Assembly: GCA_963817895.1 (NCBI GenBank)
Contig: CAWFQB010000001.1
Location: forward strand, 672,001-736,000
DNA length: 64,000 nucleotides
Direction: 5' to 3'
Source of the DNA: an uncultured Chthonomonadaceae bacterium
Lineage (GTDB): Bacteria > Armatimonadota > Chthonomonadetes > Chthonomonadales > Chthonomonadaceae
Shown here: piece after piece, positions 10,571-21,013 of the stretch
How the letters are laid out: each line of letters starts with the position of its first letter
Position numbering within the stretch: position 1 is the first letter of the stretch
Notes under the pieces: generated by a model
What the model saw: only the letters and a program-made list of their open reading frames with translations
The model's database searches: none
Told to the model about the DNA's origin: nothing
Made by a program: the position numbers and the translations under genes

Positions 10571-11488
10571 TCATCTTTCGGCAAGCGCCTGATGGCCGTC
10601 ACTGGCGCAGGTTTCCACATAGTGGCGCAACTGATGCGCGGCCAGCGTCTGCATCACAAGAGCCATGTTCAGTTTTTCCAGAGATTGAATGGTGGGCGTC
10701 AGGGAAGAGGGCTGTTTCGGCTCGGCGGTTTGACGCGCGGCCAGAATCTTATCCAGTCCTTTCAGCGCGTCGGTCAGGGCGGCCAGATTCTGTCGCTGTT
10801 TGACGGACGCGAGTTCATACGCCTGCAAGGGGGCGGCGGCGGCATCCAGAGCGTCCACCGTCTCGGCAACGTCTTCGGGGCTGCGGCTGCGGCGCAAGGC
10901 GGCAGTTTTTCAAATCGCGCGCCGTAAAGGTTCGATATGTTTCCTGTCCAGCCCCACCAGATTGGTAAAGCCGGTTCCCAATTCTTTGCCCGCCGCCATA
11001 CACTGCTGCGCGATGGCGCAGGGCTTGCCGACAACGGGGATACGCGCCAGCAAGCCAAGCGTGGGGCTGTGCGCGGCCCTGTCGAGCAGAGGCAGCGCGG
11101 GAGCCATTGCCGCCGCGAAGGTCGCGCCTGCCTGCGATATTTCACCCCCGCGCTTCGCCCCCGGTTCCAGCGCGTCCAAATTTACAGGCGCATGGTCCAG
11201 GCGATACAGCAGCCGCTGAAACGCATCGCGCGGCAGTTGCCCGGAATCCGATTCGGAGGCAGTTTCCGGTATTTGCGACGGGCGCGAAGGGCCGTTCTGC
11301 CGCCCGCAAAAGGGGATTCGCGTATTTGCTGCCGCCTGCGCCCCTGTCCTGTTCGCGCCCCATGACAGCAGCAACCCGGACACTACCAGCAGGCGCAGCA
11401 GCCCTGTGGCCTGCTTTGTTCTTTGCTTTAGGCTGTGCCTACCCCATGTTTTCACTGTGTTCCTCCTGTTGGAATGGTTGTCCGGCAT
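10571..11488 (-). CDS. Exported helical hypothetical protein, last gene of the kinase operon (frameshift near 10915)
   Basis: Starts 6 nt after the kinase stop; hydrophobic signal LLRLLVVSGLLLSW; continues in ORF 10571..10897. Confidence 0.6.
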
Positions 11489-11493
11489 GGTCT

Positions 11494-13509
11494 TCATTTC
11501 GGAAAATGCTTGTTGATGTAGTCGCGGATGGTGTGAGCGTTGTGCCGCTCCAGAACCGTGAATTGCTTTTCGAGTTTTTCCGCGTCGCCGGAAAGGGGCC
11601 GATACCAGGACTTGCCCGCAAAGTAGTCGGCCAATTGATGAACTTTGAAACGGTAGCCATGCGCGGCATACGGCTGATTGCAGGCAACCGTCAAATCCCA
11701 CCGGCTTTTCCCCATCAGGTCCGCGTCGGTCAATTCGCGAGTATTCATCTGCGCAAGCAGTTCGTCCGTTCCGCCGGAAACGCCAGGCGCGGTGTTGTTA
11801 AAAGTCTGTTGATGGGTTGACGGTCGTTTCACAGGATAATGATAAACAGGACGCGGGTCGGGATGCGCTGCGCCTTCCGAACTGCCGCCGCGCGCAAAGG
11901 ACCAGTGATAGGAAGAATTGCCATCGCTGCCCTTTCCGGCAAGCGTATCGGAATCCACCAGCCGTCCTGCTTCCGCGCCGAGCTTCCAGGGCTTGGTGGC
12001 CGGCAGTCTGAGAACGCGCGTTTCATGAAATTGCACTCTTTTACCATCATTGCCCATGTCGCCCGCTGTCGCGATCTGTACCTCGCCCTGCGGATATTGA
12101 AGGGTCATCACGCCCGAAAACGCGCTTCCATGCGTATCTGTCACATCAAGCGCGGCGTCCCGGCAGATACCGAAGGTTCCCGTCCAGTGTCCCATCAGTT
12201 TTGAAGCGGACGCGGTTATGGGCGGCAGAGAAGGGGTGTTGCTCGGATTTGTTTCCGCCGAAATGGGGTTCTCTGCAATTGTTTTCTTCTCTTCTGTTTT
12301 GGGCGCAGGCGCGTCGCCGGTTTTCGAGTCAGTTGTCCCCGTAGTTGAGACAGTTGCGTCGGTATGTGAGTCAGACGGCTTTACAGCAGGAGAAGCGTTG
12401 CCTGCTTTGTCTTCGGATTTATCTACAGGCTTATAGAAAGGCGGCGCGGGAGGATCATTGGCGGCGGTTCGCTTTAGCAGGCCCGCGCTTACCAGTCCTA
12501 CTCCTGCCAGCGCGACAATGCCGATACCCCAATAACTGGCGGCGGGCATACGACGCGCTTGCGGCAACCCGGCCTCCTGTGGAACAGACGATTCCGCCGC
12601 GCCCTGCCGCAAGCGAAGCCTGATTTGCCGCCACTGGGCCTCGCGGCGTCGCTTCCTCCGCGCGCGACTCCCCGGCAAGCGCGTTGCTGAAATCAAGACA
12701 GCAGGCAAAACGCTCCTGTGGGTTTTTCGCCAACGCTTTGAGCAGGGCGGCGTTGATGGATGGGGAGAGGGCGGGCTGCCATTCTATGGGCGGGCGGGGC
12801 TGGTCGCGCAGGTGACACATCAGCAGGGAAATCGGGGAGGCGTCCGCGCTCGCGCCGAACGGAAGCCCGCCGCATAACATCTCATAGGCGACGATACCGA
12901 GCGAGTAAACATCGGTGCGATAGTCAACATCGGGCCGGCCCTCCGCCTGCTCCGGCGACATGTACTCGGGCGTACCCACGATCATGCCCGCTTTGGTCAG
13001 GCGCGTACCGCTGCCGTCCTGTTGCGCCCGCGCATCCCGAAATCCACCAGTTTCACTTGAAGCCCGCCGCCTGGGTCACGGTGCAGCAAAATATTAGCCG
13101 GCTTGATGTCGCGATGGATGATCCCCTGTTCATGCGCGTAATCCAGCGCCTGCGCGATCTGCCGTATGAGAGGCAGAGCCGTATCGGGCGGCAATGCGCC
13201 TGCCGAAGACAGCAGATCGGCAAGGTCGCCGCCTTCGATGAGTTCCATTGTGAAATAGGGGCGCGGGGCGTCCGGCGCGGCGACGGCGTGAATGGTAGCA
13301 ATATGGGGATGGCGCAGGCGGGCGGCGGTACGCGCTTCATTGAGAAAGCGCTGCACGAACTCGCGGTCATGGCACATCTGTGAGGACAGCATTTTCAGCG
13401 CCTCATCGCGGTGCAGTCCCGTATGCCAGGCGCGATACACCTGCGCCATTCCGCCCTCGCCCAACAAAGCGTCCAGCCGATATACATCTATTTGATTGCC
13501 CAATTCCAT
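11494..13509 (-). CDS. Hanks-type Ser/Thr kinase with TM helix and C-terminal YARHG domain (frameshifts near 13030 and 12665)
   Basis: LGEGGMAQVY, HRDIKPANILL, DFG, GTPEYMSPEQ; TM YWGIGIVALAGVGLVSAGLL; NQPYAAHGYRF...YF..KSWY.P. Confidence 0.9.
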
Positions 13510-13557
13510 AGCGCCCTCCGGCTTGAAACGTGTTCCTGTGGCTGGTTAGCTCCGTGT

Positions 13558-14667
13558 TCAGGAAGCGTTGGCTTTCGCGCTGTTGCGCATCAGGTTGAAC
13601 AGAGCCAGCGCGGATAATGCGCCGATTGCCGCGCCCAGAAGCCCGCCGCCAACCAGGTAGCAAAAGGAGGTAATGCACAGCCCCTTAACGTCCACAAAGA
13701 ACATGCCATGCAAATTCGAGCCAAGCGTAAGAACGTCCATGAGCGGCATCTGCATTCCGAGTATGGAGGGCCGCAGCATGAATCCGCCAAAGTTGCCTAC
13801 CAACGCCCCGGCCAGTCCCAGTCCGATCACTCCACCCATAGCGGAACCGGATTTCGACGCTACTCGCGCCGCGCCCGAAACAGGGGCGGGACCGGGCATG
13901 TTCGCGTTAATGTTCGAGCGCGCGGCTTCTTGCGGCGCCGGTGTGGAAGCGGCAGAGGTCTGCACCGTCGCGGGACGGGCGGAGGACATCTCAGGAACCG
14001 CCGGTGCAGGCGGGGAAATAATCGGATGGGGCAGCATCGGCTCGGCAACAGAGGGACGCGGGAAAGTTTCTGCTGCTATCGCGGGGGTTGGCAGCGGACG
14101 CGGCTGGTCACAGGCAGGCGTAACGGAGGGCCTGTCGGCAAAAAAACTGGCATTGGAAGCGTGTGCCGCCTCATCATTCAAATTCGTTCGCGCCTCATTT
14201 ATAGAGATTGCGGGCGGCGAAATGGGAACCTTCACTGCATTGCCCGACACAGACGCATAACCGGGAAGGTCGCCCGATGAACCTGTTTCAGAATTGGCCG
14301 GTAGGTCGTAGTTGGCGGACGCCTCGCGTGAAGTCTCCACAGGGAACGTCGGCGCGGGCATAAAAACAGTCGGCATGTTGCGCGGCAGGGTCAGATTGAG
14401 TTCGCTGCCGCCGATACGAATCACGTCGCCGTCCTGAAGCGTATAACGATCCGCCACGCGCTGATTGTTGACAAGCGTGCCGTTGCGGCTGCTGATGTCG
14501 AGCAGTTGCCATTCGCCCAGCGCGTTGCGCTCCAGCATGGCATGGCGGCGCGATACGGCCATATCCGCTTCGGGCAGCAGAATGTCGCAGCCGTCGCCCC
14601 TGCCGATAAGATAGCGTTCTTTTGAAAGCGGCATGGGTGTGCCGTCCACACTGATTTGTCCTGTCAC
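13558..14667 (-). CDS. FHA domain protein with Pro/Ala linker and C-terminal TM helices
   Basis: IGRGDGCDI...VSRRHA...SRNGTLVN...GDVIRIG; hydrophobic C-terminus. Confidence 0.85.
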   Translation of the reverse strand: MTGQISVDGTPMPLSKERYLIGRGDGCDILLPEADMAVSRRHAMLERNALGEWQLLDISSRNGTLVNNQRVADRYTLQDGDVIRIGGSELNLTLPRNMPTVFMPAPTFPVETSREASANYDLPANSETGSSGDLPGYASVSGNAVKVPISPPAISINEARTNLNDEAAHASNASFFADRPSVTPACDQPRPLPTPAIAAETFPRPSVAEPMLPHPIISPPAPAVPEMSSARPATVQTSAASTPAPQEAARSNINANMPGPAPVSGAARVASKSGSAMGGVIGLGLAGALVGNFGGFMLRPSILGMQMPLMDVLTLGSNLHGMFFVDVKGLCITSFCYLVGGGLLGAAIGALSALALFNLMRNSAKANAS

Positions 14668-14768
14668 GCTGCTGTTTCCTTTCCTGAAGATTTCTCGCGT
14701 TGCGGTATGGCGGGGCGGAAGAAGCCGGTCAAACCCGCCTCTTCCGCGCCAACAATGCCGTCGAAAAA

Positions 14769-17700
14769 CTAACCTTTCTTCTTCGGCTTGTCCTCGTCTT
14801 TCTTGTCTGTCTTGTCTTCTTTCTTCGGCGGGTCCTTCGGCTTCTCTGTTTTATCGGGAGCGCCTCTGCCTGTCTGACCGCTGCCCCTGCCGGGAGAGGT
14901 ATCTCTACCGACAGTGCCACCTCCTCTATTGGGAATAGAATTAGGAGTGCCTCTGCCGGGGGGCGTACCGCCTGTTACCGGAGGTTTGCTGCCCCCGCCA
15001 TTGTTCCCGGCAGACCCCGGTATGCTGCCGGTGCGGGGGGTTGTTCTGACACCGGTACTGCCTGTCGTGGTTCCGGGGATATAGCCGCCCTTTACTCCTG
15101 TGTTGCCGGGGTGTGGGTTGACATAGGCGGTGGGTATCGAAATTTGACGCGCCTTCACCCCCTCAACAACCACGCTTCTGTTGATTCTGGATGGATAGGA
15201 AACGAGCTTGCCGGGGGCTGCGGTTCTGACTACGGCTGACCATCCCATCGGCAGGGGCGGCGTGGGCCTACCACGCCGTTGCACCGACTGGCTTACAACA
15301 AGCCAATTCGGTGTCGGTTGCAGGAAGATGGCATTGCGGGTGTAGCGTTCGCGTCCGTAAGCGGGAATGACAATCAGGCGCTCAAAAACCTGCTGAAAGC
15401 CCCGGTAATCTTTGTTTTTATCTGAGGCGAAAATGTAGCGGACGAACTCGCCGTATTCCGGGTCTTCCGCCACGATGAGACTGGCATCCAGTTTGGGATT
15501 GGGAAGCCAGGCGCGGGCAGACACGACGCCGGTTCCGGGCTGCGGAATACGCTGCGCGGCTTCCACCGCCGCCGCTTCCTGTTCGCTGTCGGTTCCCTGT
15601 TCCACGGTGCGCCAGCGATGCCGCAACTGGCAGGCGCAGGAGTGTGGCCCGGCTTCCGTGACCACCGCCGTGTAGTAGTCGGCGGACAGTCCCTGCTCAT
15701 GGTACGGCAGCGGCTGTCCCATCACGGAAATTTCGAACTGACTGGGGGATTGCTCCGTAGAAACCTGTACGCCGTCCGCCGTGCCGACATTAAGGAATAG
15801 AATGCCCTGCGCGTAATCCATGCCGGTGACGCGCACATTGAAGTCGGCGGCGCGGGTAATATCGGCAACCATGTCGCCGAACGCCTTGCGCGATGCGATA
15901 ATGGGACAGCGGCTCACGGCGTTGTGCATGCTGTTCTGCAAGTCCAGCAGATGCTGAACGCGGTAACGCGCCCGCTCCTCATTCTTCATCTTCCTTAGTT
16001 TGGCCTGCTCCTCTTCGGGCGCGGTTTTGTCTATGGATTCGAGGATTTTGCGGGCGTCCTCGTGATTGAGCAGGGCTTCCATCAGGGGCTTGTCGTCTTC
16101 CACTTCGGCTTCGTAGTCGGCGAGGGCATCGGCATGAGCGCGCGTATTCCCGACGCGCTGATTTTTTTCCACATCCGTCAGCGTATAGTCCACATCCACG
16201 CCGCACTCGTACCGAAACGGCAGCGAACCCGCCAGTTTCTCCTTCGCCTCTTTGAACGTTGCGCTTGCCGACAGCGTCAGGTCGGCGTTTTCGCGCAAAT
16301 CGACAACCTCCAGGGAGTGAATCTGGCTTAGATACCCGCGCAGGTCGTTGTTGGATACCAGGCCGGTGTGGTCGTGTCCCGTGAAATTTTCCACGAACAG
16401 GCGGGCTTTTGCGCGGGGTACAAACGCGGTAGTCCCTGATTTCAGCAGTTCCGTCGAACGCTTGACCACGATCTGGTTGACACTGCCATTGTTATAGCAG
16501 ACAACCATGCCCTCCTGAACATAGTTTTCGCAGGGGCCGCTGACGGACGTGAACGTTCCTTCCGGCGAACCGAGCGCCTCATGCGCTTCGGCCTGTGTGC
16601 TGCCGACGTGAATGCCGCCGACGCTTCCCGCGTCGGCGCCGGTGAGCATCAACATCTCACAAAGCATGGCGGCATCCGGGTTGACAGAGGGACGCATCAG
16701 CGCGGTCAGCCCCTGCCGGTCATATTCCCACGCCTGGCTGCCGTTGGCAACATCTTTGATGCTATCGGCTTTGCCGACTTTGGCTTCCACTTGCGCCTGC
16801 CCGTCCAGTACGGCGATATTATCGGCGATCTTGAGGTTCGCGATCTTCACGAGATGCAGTTTGTCACAGGCGACGGCATTGTCGCGGTCGTAAGGGTCAG
16901 TTTTGTAGGTGTTGATCAGGGCTTCCGCTTCGCCGCCGGACAGGTCTTTCTTAACATGAATGGGAATGGGGCCACTGCCGAGCGCGGCGACAGGCACGCT
17001 GCAAACAACGATGCCCGCCGCGTCCGCTGTCCACGTTTGACCGGGCGCGGCGGGCGTTGTGAGAACGCTTCCGGGCTGTGTCGTGACCTGCACATCCACA
17101 GCATTATGCTCTATGGACACGGCAGTCGGATCGGGTTTGGAAAACACCACGTCCTTGTATATTGTTTTCGCGGTAGTCGAGGCCGGCTGCGGCTTTGTTT
17201 TGGGCGTGGCGTTGCCGCGCTGCCCTGCGCCCGTTCCGGGCAGGCCGGCAAGCGCAAGATGCGAGGGGTTCCCGCTCTCCTGCCAGACGGAGTTTTCCAA
17301 CCGGGAAGGAGTGTGGGCCAGGCGCGTGGAAGGCGCGCGCGTGGACTCTTCGGAGTAGATGGCAATGCGACGCCCGTTGAATTCCTTTGAAGGCCCAATG
17401 CCCTCGGAGGGGACGTACAGGCTGGCTGTATCCGCGTTCGCCACCTGCCAGTGCTTGCTCTCGCCGTCGGCAAAGGCGATGTCAATGGCGACCGGCAGGG
17501 GGCCGATTTTCTTCAGGCTGACGTGTCCCTGCGCGTCCGTAATCAGGGGCGCGTTGGGCGCGTCGCCAATGACAACATCCTCCTCCTGCCCCGGACGCGG
17601 CGTTTTTCGGTGTATGGTGGCGATCACGCGCAGCCCCGCAACCGCCTGCTGCCGGGGGTCCACAAACGACAGGGTTGTATCCTGATAGTTCGTTTTGACA

Positions 17701-18077
17701 ATTACAGTTTCAGGCACTTTGACAATGACCGGCTTTTTGCTGCCCCGTTTAGGCGGGAGGGTTTTTGTTGACGATGGGCGGCGGTAAATATGCTGCCCGT
17801 ACATAGCAGAAGCCACCTGCATGTGGCGCTGCTGGTGAAACTGCGCGACTTCTGCTGCGTACTGCTTATGCTTCTCGCCGTTCTTCTTGTTGTAGGCATC
17901 AGTGGCGTGAACTGCCACTTTGGTCGCGTGTTTGAGAGGAATGGAGCTTGGCAGACCTGCCAGAAGTTGGGCTTTCGTAGAGTCAGAATCCTCGCCCTTC
18001 ACCAAAGCGGCACTGCCCGCAAGGGCGAGAAGCGCCAGGGCGGCGAGAGGATGAAGGCGTATTTGAAGCGGCATCAT
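14769..18077 (-). CDS. Large secreted multidomain hypothetical protein (1102 aa)
   Basis: Uninterrupted ORF; signal peptide; beta-rich domains; Gly/Thr/Pro- and Lys/Asp-rich tail. Confidence 0.8.
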   Translation of the reverse strand: MMPLQIRLHPLAALALLALAGSAALVKGEDSDSTKAQLLAGLPSSIPLKHATKVAVHATDAYNKKNGEKHKQYAAEVAQFHQQRHMQVASAMYGQHIYRRPSSTKTLPPKRGSKKPVIVKVPETVIVKTNYQDTTLSFVDPRQQAVAGLRVIATIHRKTPRPGQEEDVVIGDAPNAPLITDAQGHVSLKKIGPLPVAIDIAFADGESKHWQVANADTASLYVPSEGIGPSKEFNGRRIAIYSEESTRAPSTRLAHTPSRLENSVWQESGNPSHLALAGLPGTGAGQRGNATPKTKPQPASTTAKTIYKDVVFSKPDPTAVSIEHNAVDVQVTTQPGSVLTTPAAPGQTWTADAAGIVVCSVPVAALGSGPIPIHVKKDLSGGEAEALINTYKTDPYDRDNAVACDKLHLVKIANLKIADNIAVLDGQAQVEAKVGKADSIKDVANGSQAWEYDRQGLTALMRPSVNPDAAMLCEMLMLTGADAGSVGGIHVGSTQAEAHEALGSPEGTFTSVSGPCENYVQEGMVVCYNNGSVNQIVVKRSTELLKSGTTAFVPRAKARLFVENFTGHDHTGLVSNNDLRGYLSQIHSLEVVDLRENADLTLSASATFKEAKEKLAGSLPFRYECGVDVDYTLTDVEKNQRVGNTRAHADALADYEAEVEDDKPLMEALLNHEDARKILESIDKTAPEEEQAKLRKMKNEERARYRVQHLLDLQNSMHNAVSRCPIIASRKAFGDMVADITRAADFNVRVTGMDYAQGILFLNVGTADGVQVSTEQSPSQFEISVMGQPLPYHEQGLSADYYTAVVTEAGPHSCACQLRHRWRTVEQGTDSEQEAAAVEAAQRIPQPGTGVVSARAWLPNPKLDASLIVAEDPEYGEFVRYIFASDKNKDYRGFQQVFERLIVIPAYGRERYTRNAIFLQPTPNWLVVSQSVQRRGRPTPPLPMGWSAVVRTAAPGKLVSYPSRINRSVVVEGVKARQISIPTAYVNPHPGNTGVKGGYIPGTTTGSTGVRTTPRTGSIPGSAGNNGGGSKPPVTGGTPPGRGTPNSIPNRGGGTVGRDTSPGRGSGQTGRGAPDKTEKPKDPPKKEDKTDKKDEDKPKKKG

Positions 18078-18089
18078 TGTGACCTTTCA

Positions 18090-18113
18090 CACTTCGGCAG
18101 TTCTGCCGAAGTG
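18090..18113. repeat. Short intergenic palindrome
   Basis: CACTTCGGCAG-TT-CTGCCGAAGTG. Confidence 0.6.
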
Positions 18114-18129
18114 ACGTTACAGAGGAATA

Positions 18130-19505
18130 CTACGGCATCGGCTTATTCAAATTTTTATCAATCAAAGCTTTCAATGGAATTAAATCGCTATCTTCGGGAA
18201 ATAGCTCGGTCGCATGGCGGACAGTATTCTGAGCAGCCTTATAGTCCTCCAGATAGTATTGAGCGCGTCCCAGTTGTACCCAAGCAACCCGATTGACGCT
18301 GTCTAATTCAATTGCATGGCTCGCATGCGTTTGCGCGCGTCGCGATTCTTCATCGCAAATGGTCAGTTCTTTTTCCGCATCTTCTCGCGTCAGTTTGCCC
18401 TGTTCCTTGCGGGCTGTCAAATTGAACCGACGCGCGCTCACATCATTTACCAACTTTTTGAACTCTGCGCCTCTTGCTCTGCCAGCCTGCCGGTTTGCGC
18501 GTTCTGCCAGGCGCGTCCGGCGAACAGGGAACAGGCGGCGAGGACAAAGCACAGGGCCACGAGCGCGGGCGTTTTGGAAGCGCGGGGCGCGAGGGGCGTT
18601 GACCTGACGGCGACAGGCTCCGGCAGCGAGGCCGCTGGAATCGGTCTGGGGCGGGGCAGGGCGGCGGCAAGCGCGTCCACGAAGGCGGCGCAGCAGGCGA
18701 AGCGCTCGGCAGGCGTTTTGGCAAGCGCGGCGAGGATCGCCGCGTCAACCCCGGCAGGCAGATCGTGAACATGGCTTGAGGGCGGCGCGGGCAGGTCGCG
18801 CAGATGATTCATGATGATGGAAATCGCCGACACGCCCGCGCCACCCTGAAACGGCGGCTGCCCGCACAGCATCTCATACGCCACAACCCCGAACGAGTAG
18901 ATGTCGGTATGGTAGTCTATTGTCGCCTTGCCTTCGGCCTGTTCGGGCGACATGTATTCCGGCGTACCCACAATCATGCCCGCTTTGGTCAGGCGTGTGC
19001 CGCTCGCGTCCTGCTGCGCGCGGGCAATCCCGAAATCCACCAACTTTATCTGCGCATCGCCGTGTTCTCCCGTGTGCAGCAGGGCGTTGGCGGGCTTGAC
19101 ATCGCGGTGAACCACGCCCTGCCCGTGCGCGTAATCCAACGCCTCCGCCATCTGTCGCAGGATGGGCAGGCACTCGCGCAACGACAAGCGCCCCTGCCGC
19201 GCCAGCAGGTCGGACAGGTCCCGGCCCTCGATCAGCTCCATCGTGAAAAAGGGCTGTGGCGCGTCGGGTTCGCTGACCGTGTAAATGGTAGCGATATGCG
19301 GATGCCGCAGACGGGCGGCTGTGCGGGCTTCGGTGATGAACCGCTCCACAAAGTTGCGGTCATGCGCCAGATGCGGCGGCAGCAGTTTCAGCGCCTCGAA
19401 CCGGTGCAACCCGGTATGCCAGGCCTTAAATACCTGCGCCATGCCGCCCTGCCCCAGCATCTCCTCCAGCCGATAGGGTCCTATTAAATCTGCTTGTGTT
19501 GTCAT
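18130..19505 (-). CDS. Hanks-type Ser/Thr kinase with TM helix and C-terminal TPR (frameshift near 18455)
   Basis: LGQGGMAQVF, HRDVKPANAL, DFGIAR, GTPEYMSPEQ; TM; TPR AWVQLGRAQYYLEDYKAA...ATELFP. Confidence 0.9.
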
Positions 19506-19549
19506 GGTTTGCCTTGTGCTTTGTCGTTTTGCTGTTCGCTATCAAGATG

Positions 19550-20806
19550 CTACCGCATATCAGCCTTCTGCAGTTTCGCCGCCCTCCGCTGCGCGTCAGG
19601 CTGGTCTTCCGTATCTGTCCCTCTTCTCGGATGGGCGCTTGCAGAACCTGGGGGGCGAGGTTCTTCCTTTCCCTGCTCAGGGGCAGGCGGGCCAAAAACG
19701 GGCATTTTTTTGCTTTGCGGAACCGTTTTTGCAGGGGCGTGAACAGCGCTTATCGGCGTTATAGCGTTCGTCTGCGTTATAGCCGGGTAACGCAGGCGCG
19801 CAACGGCCAGGCCAATAATAAAAAATGCCAGGCCGCTCACTGTCAGCAGCATGGGGCGCAGCGCGCGGTTGGGATCGTGAACGCCTGAAGCGGTTTCCCT
19901 GTTCGGAAGCGCGGCGGGCGGAAATTCCTTCCCCTTCCAGGTCGGCGGCTTGCGCGCGATGGTTTGCGGCCTGCCTTCACAGGCGGCGACAAGCGAGATG
20001 TTGTCGTGTCCGCCGCGTTCGCGCGCCAGTTTCACCAGATTGTCGCAGGCCGTCTGTAAATCCGGCGCGGCAACAAATTCATCGCGCATCTCTTCGGGCA
20101 TCACATACTCGCTCAGGCCATCCGAACACAGCAGCAGCGCGTCGCCGGGTTCCCATGCTCCCTGATACAGGGAAGGTTCCACATCGGCGGCGATCCCAAT
20201 GGATTTGGTGAGCTGATTGCGCAGGTTGGAATTACGGGCTTCGTCCGGCGTCATGGTGCCGCGCCGAACCGCCTCTCCCACCCACGAGTCGTCATCCGTT
20301 AGTTGGCAGATGCCGCTCCGGGTCAGCAGATACGCGCGGCTGTCGCCGACATGCGCGATGGTATAATCCCGCGTCCGGCACAGGCACAGGGTCAGCGTCG
20401 TGCCGGGGTGCGCCACGCCCTGCCCGCCGTACCCGAATACGGCCTGATTGATACTGCGCGTAACCGCCACAGCGCGTTGGGCAAGCCGCGCCTCCGCTCC
20501 CGCTTCCGGCCCCCCGGTTACCATCTCGTCCGCAACTGTATGAGGAGAAAGGAAGGCTTGCCGCGTCATTTCTCCCGCAAGGCCGCTGGCAACTTCCCCC
20601 GCCTGATGCCCGCCCATGCCGTCGGCAACCAGCAGCACGGCAATCAGGCCGTCGGGGTTGGCGGCAGGGGGCGAAACCGCTTCCGCCACAACCGTATCTT
20701 CATTTATTTCACGGACGCAGCCCACGTCCGTAGCGCGGCCAATGTTCATCGCTTGTTTGCATCCTGACTTTCGCGGCGCCAACTTATGGACAAACCACTT
20801 GGACAT
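19550..20806 (-). CDS. PP2C/Stp1-family Ser/Thr phosphatase with a C-terminal TM helix
   Basis: TDVG.VREINED, VADGMGGHQAGEVAS, HVGDSRAY, LCSDGL, GGHDNIS. Confidence 0.92.
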   Translation of the reverse strand: MSKWFVHKLAPRKSGCKQAMNIGRATDVGCVREINEDTVVAEAVSPPAANPDGLIAVLLVADGMGGHQAGEVASGLAGEMTRQAFLSPHTVADEMVTGGPEAGAEARLAQRAVAVTRSINQAVFGYGGQGVAHPGTTLTLCLCRTRDYTIAHVGDSRAYLLTRSGICQLTDDDSWVGEAVRRGTMTPDEARNSNLRNQLTKSIGIAADVEPSLYQGAWEPGDALLLCSDGLSEYVMPEEMRDEFVAAPDLQTACDNLVKLARERGGHDNISLVAACEGRPQTIARKPPTWKGKEFPPAALPNRETASGVHDPNRALRPMLLTVSGLAFFIIGLAVARLRYPAITQTNAITPISAVHAPAKTVPQSKKMPVFGPPAPEQGKEEPRPPGSASAHPRRGTDTEDQPDAQRRAAKLQKADMR

Positions 20807-20929
20807 TGTACAATCCCGCGTCCGTAGGACGCTTGGCGGAACGCCACTCAGACGGGTGTTTTCAACACTCGGAACCCCGCCATAGTACAATCTTTATCTG
20901 GTTTGTCCATTAGAGCCTATCCCAATTGG

Positions 20930-20988
20930 CCCTCAACCCGGGCGTCCACTTGTGGACATACCCCTTCTCCCAACTTTGGGAGAAGGGG
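20930..20988. repeat. CCCCTTCTCCC...GGGAGAAGGGG REP-like palindrome
   Basis: Hairpin related to 8514-8560 and 58871-58910. Confidence 0.55.
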
Positions 20989-21013
20989 AAACTATCGGGA
21001 TAGGCTCTTACTC

